From NCBI GenBank assembly GCA_963850305.1, contig CAWKKR010000007.1:608001-672000 (forward strand): a DNA stretch of 64,000 nt, given 5' to 3'. Below the pieces are notes generated by a model. That model did no database searches. It saw only the letters and a program-made list of their open reading frames with translations, and was not told the DNA's origin. Source of the DNA: an uncultured delta proteobacterium (GTDB taxonomy: Bacteria; Myxococcota_A; Polyangia; Polyangiales; Polyangiaceae). This document shows, one piece after another, positions 1 through 9,500 of this stretch. The position numbers and the translations under genes were made by a program. Position 1 is the first letter of the stretch, and each line of letters begins with the position of its first letter.

Positions 1-2819
1 GGGTCGGCGGCGTCGATGAGGCCGTTGCAATCATTGTCCTTGCCGTCGCAGATCTCCGGGCTCGGCGTCGCTCCGCCGGAGCAAACGAGCTTCCCAGCCG
101 TGCACTGCGTGGTGCCCTGGCAAGGCGTGCCGAGCTGCGTTCCTTGCGGAGCGCACACCGCGCCGACGCCAGTAAGACCCGGATCGGCGCCGTCCACTTT
201 GCCGTTGCAATCGTTGTCCAGTCCGTCGCAAATTTCCGCGGACGGCCCGACGCCTCCCTGGCAGACCCAGCCACCGGCGCCGGTGCAAACGAGCGCACCT
301 GGCTGGCAAGGCGAGGTCAGGGTGCCGTCGCCCGAGCAGGTGGCCCCCGCAGGCGGGCTCCATTTCAGCGTGGAGAAGGTGCAAGCGCTGCCGGTGTTCT
401 GCCAGCAGCCCGGTGCGCTCGGCCCGTCGCTGAGCGGCGCCTCGTCGACCTGGCCGTTGCAGTTGTCGTCCTTGCCGTTGCAGACTTCCGGCTGCGGTTG
501 CGTGCCGCCCTGGCACACGAGCACTCCACCGACGCAGGCGGTCGTGCCCTTCGTGCAGATGCCCTGGACGGAGCCGCACACTGCGCCCGTTCCTGCGGTG
601 CCGGCGGGGATGTTGTCCACGATGCCGTCGCAATCGTTATCGATGCCGTCACAGATTTCCGGAGAGGGTCCGATCGCGCCCACGCAGGTCGGCGAGTGGC
701 ATGCTTGCTGCCCCATGACGCACTGGCTCGTGAGGTTCGCGCCGGGCGGGACGTTCTTGTAAACGGTCGCTTTCGGAACGCTGTCGCAGGGTGTCGGCAG
801 GGCCCCTTCGTCGATGACGCCGTTGCAGTTGTCGTCGAGGCCGTCGCAGGTGGTGTCCGTCGCTGCTGGCTTGGCGCTGCAGGCGCTCAATTCGCTGGTA
901 ACGAACTTCGTCGCCCCTGCGATGCAGCCTCCGACCGGCACGGACTGCTGCGCGGCGCACGTTTCGAAGCCGGCGCAGTTTGCGGGGGGCGAAAAGCCGC
1001 ACGCGATCGGCGGCAGCGCCGCCGTGTTGTCGGCTATGCCGTCGCAATCGTCGTCGCAGCCGTCACAGACTTCGGTCGTCGGATAACACGGGGTACAACC
1101 GGTGAGGCTGTAGGGAACGCCGCTCCCCGGCGCGTTGTCGATGACCCCGTCGCAATCGTCGTCTTGCCCGTTGCAGGTCTCGGCGACGGGGCAGTGAAGG
1201 GGCGACCCGCACTTGGTGATCCCCTCGTCGACGGTGTTCGTCGAAAAATCGCTCTGAGTCTCGTCGATTTCGACGTCGCAGTTGTTGTCCTTGTTGTCGC
1301 AGGTCTCACCGGGATCCGAGCAGAGCCACTTGCTCGAAATGTTCGTCGTGTCGGTCGCCGCGTTCCAGCACGGCAAGAGCCATTGACTTCCCTTCGGAGT
1401 CGCCGCGCTGACGCTCGCGGCATAAGCAGCGACACACTTCGAACGATCGCCGCCAGCGGCGGTGCTGGTCCAGGAGCAGCACATGCTCAGGTTCGGATTG
1501 TTGGTGGCCGTCTGAAGGAACGCCAGCGTCTCGGCTGTTTTGTTCTGGTCGCAGTAGAGCTTCGAACCTTCGTCGATGCAGCCGTTGCAGTTGTTGTCCT
1601 GGTTGTCGCACACCTCGGGTTGGATCGAGGTCGAGATGATGGTCGACAGTGCCTGGCTGAGCGTGACCTCGTTGCTGGCGGTGTAGGAGGCGGTCGTGCC
1701 ACCCGCCTTGGCTATGGCATCGAGAGACGACGTCGTCGCGCCGGCAAAGCCGATCACGTACGTCTTGATCGGGACGCGCGTGCCCTGGATCACCACGCCT
1801 ACGGTGTCGAGTGCGGTCGCGGCGTTGGCGGGCGTTCCGTTGCAATCCTCGTCGCCGTCCGTCACGAGAATCACGTTCAAGCTCCGGCAAGGGCGGTCGT
1901 TCGCCGTATCGATCGGGCTCGGGTGATCGATGGTGGCGCCCCCGGTGGCGCAGTAGTTGTTGTTCGCCCAGGCCGAGGACCACCCGCCCGCGTAATACTG
2001 ATGCGCCGTTCGGAGAATGCCCTCGAGCGGCGTGTATCCGGATGCGTAGATCTCCTGGCTGTTGTCGGTCCGACCGTCGAAGTAGGCGAGTAGCTGCGCC
2101 GTGTTGCTCGGCGGTGTGGACGTCGGCGACCACGTCGGATCCTTCAACATGTCGACGAGGATGTTCCCGCCGTTCGGCCAGTTGGCGCCGGGCAGCTTGA
2201 CCCCGGCGACGGTCGCGCCGGTGTAGATCTGAGCGAGATTCGTCGTGCTGGCGCCGCAGTCCGGCGTGTTTCCGCACGTGTTGCTCGGGTTGTTGTCGGG
2301 ATTCGTGAACGTGCTGACCGTGCAGCCGTTTGCCGCGTAGTGCTCGCCGTCTTCAATCGGCTGGTTCGCGCCGCCGGGGCAGCTCCCGTTCGCATTGGTG
2401 CAGCTATCCGGGACGGCGCCCGCGCTGCAGCCCTGCAACTTCGTCGCGTACGTCATGAGCCCGAAGTTCACCTCGCCCGAAAAGGCCTCGATGGTCTTCG
2501 TCATCGCGCACTTCGCGTCGTTCAACCGGGTGGGCTCGAGCCCGCAAGAATTTTTGACGTAGCCGCTCTTGCAAGAGGCAGCCCCGCTCGTCGGATTGGT
2601 GCAGGAGACCATGCTGCCCGACGTATCGACGGCCAGCATGAAGTACGGCTTCGACGACGCTGGCCACTGCGATGGGTCCATGCTGCGGCACGCGGCTGAC
2701 TGCGCCGCCGTTGGCGCCGAGAACAAGAGCGGCGCGATCAGTCCCAGGGTCGCGGATGCGACGGCGAGGGCTTTCTTTCGAGGGGCGCGGGCGTGGACCG
2801 TAAGAGAGGCAAGGGGCAT
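1..2819 (-). CDS. Secreted VWA-domain protein with repeated Cys/Asp-rich (MopE-like 'CDGxDNDCxG') motifs; runs off the left edge
   Basis: Read manually from the ATG at 2819: MPLASLTVHARAPRKKALAVASATLGLIAPLLFSAPTAAQ (signal-like), then the MIDAS motif MLAVDTSGSM and many CD..DN.C.G repeats. The + ORFs 144..2093 and 2340..2699 are its in-phase antisense shadow. Confidence 0.8.
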   Translation of the reverse strand, partial: MPLASLTVHARAPRKKALAVASATLGLIAPLLFSAPTAAQSAACRSMDPSQWPASSKPYFMLAVDTSGSMVSCTNPTSGAASCKSGYVKNSCGLEPTRLNDAKCAMTKTIEAFSGEVNFGLMTYATKLQGCSAGAVPDSCTNANGSCPGGANQPIEDGEHYAANGCTVSTFTNPDNNPSNTCGNTPDCGASTTNLAQIYTGATVAGVKLPGANWPNGGNILVDMLKDPTWSPTSTPPSNTAQLLAYFDGRTDNSQEIYASGYTPLEGILRTAHQYYAGGWSSAWANNNYCATGGATIDHPSPIDTANDRPCRSLNVILVTDGDEDCNGTPANAATALDTVGVVIQGTRVPIKTYVIGFAGATTSSLDAIAKAGGTTASYTASNEVTLSQALSTIISTSIQPEVCDNQDNNCNGCIDEGSKLYCDQNKTAETLAFLQTATNNPNLSMCCSWTSTAAGGDRSKCVAAYAASVSAATPKGSQWLLPCWNAATDTTNISSKWLCSDPGETCDNKDNNCDVEIDETQSDFSTNTVDEGITKCGSPLHCPVAETCNGQDDDCDGVIDNAPGSGVPYSLTGCTPCYPTTEVCDGCDDDCDGIADNTAALPPIACGFSPPANCAGFETCAAQQSVPVGGCIAGATKFVTSELSACSAKPAATDTTCDGLDDNCNGVIDEGALPTPCDSVPKATVYKNVPPGANLTSQCVMGQQACHSPTCVGAIGPSPEICDGIDNDCDGIVDNIPAGTAGTGAVCGSVQGICTKGTTACVGGVLVCQGGTQPQPEVCNGKDDNCNGQVDEAPLSDGPSAPGCWQNTGSACTFSTLKWSPPAGATCSGDGTLTSPCQPGALVCTGAGGWVCQGGVGPSAEICDGLDNDCNGKVDGADPGLTGVGAVCAPQGTQLGTPCQGTTQCTAGKLVCSGGATPSPEICDGKDNDCNGLIDAAD

Positions 2820-3082
2820 GGTGACTCCTGCACGACGGCGGCGCGCACGAGGGTGCACTCCGCCACTATTACAGAGCGTCTCACGAATCCGCCCCCGGTT
2901 GAAGTCTCGCTTTCTCGCGTCTCACCGCAGTTCGCGGAAACGGCTGGCGCTCCATGGACTTCCAAAGCGTCGCCGCCGTCGCGCCGTTGCCCGACGCTCC
3001 CTCCGCGCCTGGCCGTGCGGAGGATGTCAACCATGAAATGTGCACGAGCCGGGTGGTAACCGGTCTTGCCAAAGTTCACGAA

Positions 3083-3757
3083 CTAGGGGCGTTCCGGGAA
3101 TCGGCGCCGGGTCGATCGTGCAAACTCCGTGATCTCGGCGCGCGACTTGACCCCGAGCTTTTTTCTTATCCGATGACGATACGCCTCGACGGTGCCTACG
3201 CGCACGCCGAGCGCCGTAGCGATTTCCGGCCCCGTGTACCCGCGGGCGATGAGGTCCAGGACGGCGTTCTCTCGCGCGCTCAGATGAAAGGCTCCGGGCG
3301 CGTCGCGCTCGTCGTGAAGGAGATCCTCCGCGACCCGTGAAGCGAGGGGCTCGTCGACGAAGCGTCTCCCGAGGCGGGCGCCCCGAATGGCGTCGAGGAG
3401 TCGAGCCTCGGGTGCCTGCTTGAGGACGTATCCGGATGCGCCGGCGCGCAGGGCCAGCGCCGCCTCCACCGAGTCGTCGAACGCGGAGAACACGACAATG
3501 CCGATGGTCTGCGTCTCGCGTCGCGCCGCGGCGATCGTCTCCAGGACTCCGCCGCCCGGCATTCGTAGGTCCGTCACGATGACGTCCGGCTGCACCGCGC
3601 GTACGCACGCGAGCAGCTCTTTCGAGTCGCTCGCTTCGCCGACCACCATCATGTCGCGCTGGCTCTGGAGCAGCGATCTCAATCCCGCCCGCACGACCGC
3701 ATGATCGTCGGCGACGACGACGCGGATGCGCTCTGCTGGATTAGCGACTGACGCCAT
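3083..3757 (-). CDS. NarL/LuxR-family response regulator
   Basis: Receiver motifs VVADDH, TDLRMP and YVLK; C-terminal LSARENAVLDLIARGYTGPEIA...TVEAYRHRIRKKLG HTH. Confidence 0.93.
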   Translation of the reverse strand: MASVANPAERIRVVVADDHAVVRAGLRSLLQSQRDMMVVGEASDSKELLACVRAVQPDVIVTDLRMPGGGVLETIAAARRETQTIGIVVFSAFDDSVEAALALRAGASGYVLKQAPEARLLDAIRGARLGRRFVDEPLASRVAEDLLHDERDAPGAFHLSARENAVLDLIARGYTGPEIATALGVRVGTVEAYRHRIRKKLGVKSRAEITEFARSTRRRFPERP

Positions 3758-3956
3758 CGGGGCGATTTCCCAGAACGCACTATCACGGAGAAGTCACGGA
3801 AAGCGGTCCGGTAAAGTAATCCTTTATCGGGTGACAGGTTCTCCAACCGAAATACAGGCCCTTGTTTCCTCCGGTGTAATGGAAACCAGTTGTCTTGATT
3901 CGTGTTCATTTGCGGCAAATTAGGCCCGAAACCGTTGCCGGTCGTAAGAAGGGCGC
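3758..3956. promoter_or_regulatory. Divergent intergenic/promoter region between the response regulator and the GNAT cassette
   Basis: Visibly more AT-rich than the flanking genes; direct repeat TCACGGA at 3783-3789 and 3794-3800. Confidence 0.4.
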
Positions 3957-4670
3957 GTGCGAAGTCAACGGATCACGGAGGACGTCCAGCGGGCTCCCGA
4001 AGTGGACTCGCCGCCAGCTTCCGAGCGACTTCCGCGGGCGTCGCTCTCCGAGCTGCTCTGGCAGATCGACTGGACCGAGCACCTTCCCTTCGAGGTCACG
4101 AGCGGCATCGTCGTCCACGCGAGCACGTTCGAACGGTCCACGCCGTTCATTCGCGAACACTATCAAACGATCTTCGAAGAGAACGAGGAGAGTCCCTTCG
4201 CGGCGCGTCTAGCGGGTCGGAAGGAACGATACTACCGCGTCGCTGCCGACTTCTTCGAGTTCAAGGACGGCGAGGCGACGGTCGGTCTCCTGATCGGCAC
4301 ACCCGTCGATTGGTCGACCTATTACATCCGCAGCGCCGCAGCTCTCCCGAAGTACCAGGGAAAGAAGATCATCCAGCGCTTCTTCCCGAAGATGTTCGAC
4401 GTGCTTCGCGAAGCAGGTCTGGAGCGCGTCGAAGCGGACACGTCCCCGTCGAACATGGCGACGCTGCACTTGCTTACGCGGCTGCGTTTCAACCCGACGG
4501 GATCGCTCCTCTCGGACCGTTGGGGTGCGATGGTGCACTTCACTCGGTTTCTCGGCGAGCAGAGCGAAGACGTCTTCCTGCGCCAGTTCTGCACTGGCGT
4601 CGGTTATCAGCTGCGCGAGAGGGCTCGCCGCGCAGCTGCGCCCAGCGAGCCAGACGGGAGATCCACGTGA
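3957..4670 (+). CDS. GNAT-family N-acyltransferase
   Basis: YIRSAAALPKYQGKKI (motif A-like) and VEADTSPSNMATLHLLTRLRF (motif B-like). Confidence 0.75.
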   Translation: MRSQRITEDVQRAPEVDSPPASERLPRASLSELLWQIDWTEHLPFEVTSGIVVHASTFERSTPFIREHYQTIFEENEESPFAARLAGRKERYYRVAADFFEFKDGEATVGLLIGTPVDWSTYYIRSAAALPKYQGKKIIQRFFPKMFDVLREAGLERVEADTSPSNMATLHLLTRLRFNPTGSLLSDRWGAMVHFTRFLGEQSEDVFLRQFCTGVGYQLRERARRAAAPSEPDGRST

Positions 4671-4699
4671 AGAAGAAATTCGCGCACACCTGCATCTGA
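4667..4699 (+). CDS. Putative 10-aa peptide MKKKFAHTCI (candidate RiPP precursor)
   Basis: GTG AAG AAG AAA TTC GCG CAC ACC TGC ATC TGA. The start overlaps the GNAT stop (GTGA) and GGGAG lies 6 nt upstream (4656-4660). It sits between modification-type enzymes. Confidence 0.55.
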   Translation: MKKKFAHTCI

Positions 4700-4769
4700 G
4701 TTCAGTGATCGACACAAGGGGGGCGCTATTTCTCGTGGAAGCAGTTGCGATGATTTTGGAGCACTTGCG

Positions 4770-5443
4770 ATGATCAGCCAGACATTGAGAAGCCGAGATC
4801 GATCGATATGCGGCGGACTTGAGCCAGAGGCCGGCTGCTTGCGAAGGCCCGGGCCGGGCGGGTGCGGCCCTCGACCGTCGGGCGCTACCTCGCGAGCGTC
4901 CACTACATGCTCCGGCAGACGCCAGCTCCATCTGCGTCTCGCTCGACAGCGGTCCGAAACAGCTAGGCCACTCGGAGCTCGCCAGCTATTTCGAGCAGCA
5001 AGCTCGACGAGGAGGTCGGTCACGACCAGTGGGCGAAGAGCGATATGGCGAAGGTCTCGGAGCTCTCGCGGCCAGGCAAAGTGCGAGCGGCCGTCGCCTG
5101 CCATCGTCGCGATGATGGCCGCGGTCGGGCGCGGGATCGAGCGCGACCCCACCTCTATCTCGCTTACATTCTGTTCGCCGAATACCTCACGGTGAAGCTT
5201 GGTCCGGAGTGGGTCGCCGCTCTCGATGGGCGCTGCGGGGTGCCCGCGTCGGCGTTGACTGTGGCAACGAAGCACATCGAGCTCGATCAGCACCACGTGC
5301 AGGAGGGTTGTGACGAAATCGACGCGCTCGCGGTCGATCCAGCGCTGCCCGGGCCGCTCCTCGAGATGCTTCACGAAAGCATGAGGCACTTTTCGGCCTT
5401 CTGCGACGATCTCTACGACGACGCCTGCGACTCCGCTGCCTGA
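4770..5443 (+). CDS. Heme-oxygenase-like iron-containing redox enzyme (HDO/PqqC-like fold); apparent frameshifts
   Basis: Stitched across frames: RYLASVHYMLRQTP...LASYFEQ/KLDEEVGHDQWAKSDM...YLAYILFAEYLTV...KHIELDQHH. The ExxH and HxxxDxxH metal-ligand pattern is present. Confidence 0.7.
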
Positions 5444-5449
5444 CGGATC

Positions 5450-6466
5450 ATGATCGCGCTGGAGGAGGCCCGAGCGCAGCACCGGAGCGCCGTCTGAGCG
5501 CGTTCGAGTGGCCCGAGCCGCCGGAGGTGTTTCGCGAGACGGCCAGGGTCGTCGGGGTGCCGATTCACCTCTGTGGCGTCACGCTCGAACGGGACGGCGA
5601 GTGCATTTCCGGTAGTGCGGCGTCGCTCGACGCGGATCCGATGCCACGAGCGCTGTTCGAGCTGTTCGAGCGCGTGGCCCTGGTGGACGCAATGCGACGA
5701 GGCGCCCGAGCGCTCTGGTGGTGTTCGACGTGGCGCGGCGCCCTATCGCCGTCCTGTCCCGGCCGCGCGCGTTTTTCCTGTGAACCAGGAGCCGGAGCCG
5801 CATCCGCTGGGCGCGTTCGAACGGGGTCGCGGCGGGCATCGGGTGGGCAGACGCAGCTCGACGCGCGCGGCTCGAGCTGGTCGAACGGGATCGGGTGTTA
5901 CGGTCCTGGCTCGGGCAACTGCGTCCAGTGCCTGCGAGCGTCCCGCTGGCCTGCCGGCGGCCATCCGCGAAGCGTACGACTTTCATTGTTATTCGTTCGG
6001 CGAGCCTCCTGACATGGCGGCCGGGAGTGTTCGCTTTTCCGCCAGACGGGCAGCCCCTGAGCTACGGTTTCGCCGCGCGCGATACGAGGGAAGCGTCGCT
6101 GGCGGCAGCCGCGGCAGAGTGTTTGCAGCGGCTCGGATTTCTCTACGGGGAGGCAATACCCGACGTCGTCCCGGAGGCTTCCCCGACTCCGGACTTTCAC
6201 CAGGAGTACTTTCTTTTTCCTCCGCATCGCGAGCGCATCGAGCGGTGGCTGAATGGCGAGCACGCTCGATTCGCCGCGGCGTCGGGCGGGCTGCGGACCG
6301 TGAAAGAACCCGGTTTACGTGGATCTGACGCCGCGGCTGGCCCGCTCCGATATCGTCGTCCTGAAGGCGCTGCCGCGAGGGCATGTTCCGCTCGCTTTCG
6401 GTTTCGGTGGGTGTCCGGTCGGCGAAGGCGCTGCCGTCGGAGCTCGCTGTCCATCCGATCGCTTAG
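5450..6466 (+). CDS. YcaO-like protein; apparent frameshifts
   Basis: Stitched: GSAASLDADPMPRALFELFERVAL; RWARSNGVAAGIGWADAARRARLELVERDRVLRSW (YcaO SNG...ExxERD ATP-binding motifs, SNG at 5817); AAAAAECLQ; YVDLTP; C-terminus ELAVHPIA with the stop at 6464-6466. Start is approximate. Confidence 0.75.
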
Positions 6467-6544
6467 CGGGAGCGTTGACGAGCGACCTGCGGTCACGCGC
6501 GTCCTTGTTCCCGGCGCCTGAGCGTGTAATCTCGGGCGTTCGCG

Positions 6545-9500
6545 ATGGTTCAGGCGGCGATTCCTCACGTCGAGCTGGGCGTCGAACTCGGGCGCGGCGC
6601 GCACAGCGTCGTCCTGCAGGGCGTCCGGGGCGGCCGTTCGTACGCCGTGAAGCTTCCGCTCGAGGCCGAATCCGCCGGCGGAGCGCGAGATGGCGTTCCG
6701 CCGCTTCCTGCGGGAAGCGGCGGCGCTCGCGCGGCTTCACCACCCGTCGCTTCCCGCGGTGATGGAAGTCGGGCGTGCCAATGGCGTGCCGTACCTCATC
6801 ATGGAACTGGCGGCGGGGCAGACTCTCGCAGACAGACTCGAACTGAGCTCGATGGGTGAAGGGGCGGTCGCTCAGCTTGCGCTCCAGCTCGCGGGCGCGC
6901 TCGAGGCCATCCACGCAGCGGGGCTCCTTCACCGCGACGTGAAGCCGCGCAACATCGTGCTTCGACGTCGAAACCGGCGTGGCCCGGCTGGTCGACTTCG
7001 GCTCGGCGGTTCTGGCGTCGGGGCCCGCAATGTCGGGCGTCACTCGCGCGTACGCGGCGCCCGAGGTACTCGCCGGCGGTCCAGTACGTCAGCGACGCGC
7101 GAGCGGACCTCTATTCGCTGGGTCAGGTCTTGCTCGAGGCGCTCTGGTCCGCATGCTCGGGCGGCACAAGGTCTCCGTGGCCCTCCGCGAGGCCACCGCG
7201 CGAGCCCGCGAACCAACAGGGACCGCTGTCCCTGGCCAATATTCTGGCGACGGCTCGTCGAGGCGAGCCCGCCGACCGATACCCGAGCGCCACCCGCCTC
7301 CGCGAGGACCTCGAGGCCATCGTCGGCGCGCAATCCGTTTCGGGTCCCATCGCAATCCGGCAAAGGCTGCTCGGCCGCGCGACGGAGATGGATCGACTCC
7401 GTCGAGCGTGGGCAGAGGCCCAACGAGGGGGGCGTGCCGTGGTGCTTCGGGGCGCTCCCGGAGCCGGCAAAACTCGGCTGGCTCGAGCGTTCCTGCGGAC
7501 TCGACCGAGCCAGGGCGTGCGGGTGCTTGCGGCCGGCTGTCACCCCCGCGATCCCCGTGCGTTCTCGGCCATACGGCAGCTCGTCGAAGCGCACCTGAGG
7601 AGTTGCGAGGCGCTGCCGGCCGCGGAACGCGCGCGCGCTTTCTCCAGCGTTCGACGAATCGCAGGGCGACCTCGGCTCGTTACTCCGGCTCCTGTCCCCG
7701 TACGTCGCGCGCGTGTTCCGCGACGCTCCCATGGTGCCCGCATCCGAGAATGCGGAGCAAGCGTTCGCAGAGGGTCTGGCCGAGTTTCTCATGAAGCTCG
7801 TGCGCACTGACCGGCCCGACGGTGGTGTTCGTCGATGACGTCCAGTGGCTCGACGCGGGAAGTCGTCGAGTGCTCGTTCGCGCGGCCAATCAAATTGCCA
7901 ATCGAGGCGTGCTGTTCCTGTTCGGGGCCCGAGACGGGGAGGCCGCCGCGTGACGTCAATCGCTTGCTCGATGTGCTGTCCGCGCCCGTCTCCGACATCG
8001 AACTCTTGCCCTTGGAGGATGACGACGTCGTCAGCCTCGTTCACGAATATCTGGGCACGGCCGCCATCGACGACGAGCTGAAGCGCGCCGTGCTGCGCCT
8101 GTCGGACGGACTTCCGTTCCGGACGCTGGAGGTGCTTCGGACCCTGACGGACGAAGGAGTGCTCCTGCCGTACTGGGGGCGGTGGCGGCTCGATCCCACC
8201 GCGCTCACGCGGATGCACCTGCCGAGCGAGACGGCGACTATCCTCCGGCGCCGCATTGCTGCACTCGACGGGGTAACTCACTCGGTCATGGCCGCCGCTG
8301 CGGTCATCGGCGTGTCGTTCGAGGAATGGTTGCTCGTCGTCAGTGGCCTCGTCTTCCAGGGGCGTGGCGGATGTGTCCGCGGCGCTAGCCGAAGCGAGGC
8401 GATCGCAGCTCATCGAGGACGCCGGCGAAGGTGTCCAGCGGTTCATCCATCATACCGTTCGCGAAGCATTGCTTGCAGGCTGTGACGCGGCGGCGCTCGA
8501 AGACTTGCATCAGCGCGTCGGGGAAGACGCTCGACGCCCGCGGTTGGGCGGCAAACGCGCCGATCGCGTTCGAGATCGAAGAGCGCGCTGACGCGGCGAC
8601 TCCAGCCTCGGCTGAGCCGCTTCCCGACCGGGACTCCCTGGATGCGGACAGGTTGTATCGGGTTGCCCACCATTATGCCGCGGGCGACGAGCGCCGGGCA
8701 GTCTCGCGTCGGGCGGAGACGTGCGTCGCTGCCGCACGAGCCGCCTTCGCACGATTCGACAACGAACGCGCTGCCGACTTTTTCACTGTCGCCGACCGCG
8801 CGCTCGCGTCGCTCGGAAAGTCGCTGACGCCCGAGACTCGCTTGCTCCTCGCGGACGCGCGCCTGCGTGCCGGCGCTCTCGAGGAAGCATCGTCGGAATT
8901 CCAGCGGATCCTCTCGGAGAGTTCGGATCGCTATGTGCAGGCGACAGCGTTGTTGCGCTTGGCGTCGCTTCACGACATGCGGTTCGATTCGATTCAGAGC
9001 ATGGAACTACATCGAGCAAGCATTCTGCAGGCTCGGGGAAACGCCTCCTTCCGAGGCTGCGGCCTACACGGTCCAGAGCCTCGGCGCGTGGGGGAGAAGG
9101 GGTCTCGCGCGGTCCGCGAAGAGTGCCGTTCGGCCCTTCCGAGCAGCTGCACCACGAGACGCTCTGCGCCCTCTATTACCAGGCGACGCGGATCGCCGTT
9201 ACCAACGGCAAGCCGCTGCGGGGCGTGCTTGTGACGCTGCAGTCTGTCCGGGCCGCTGAGCGCCTTGGGCCGTCGGCGGCGCTCGCTCGCTGTTACCTGG
9301 CGTATAGCTTCGTCCTCACTGTGCTGGGGTTTCCGTCCCGCGGCACGAGTTACCTTGCCCGAGCCGAGGGGATCGCCCGCGAGCTTCGCGATCCGTTCGT
9401 CTATTCGCACGCGCTGCAGATGCACATGGTGATCGCCGCGTGGGGCGGGCGAATCCAGGATGCCATCGACGCCGGAGCTCGGTGCGTCACCGAATACGGG

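Noticed and set aside
144..2093. 649-aa + strand ORF, and similar long overlapping ORFs such as 43799..45130, 37832..39049 and 56273..57709
   Set aside because: These are antisense shadows of real genes on the opposite strand, as expected in high-GC DNA; they carry no motifs of their own.
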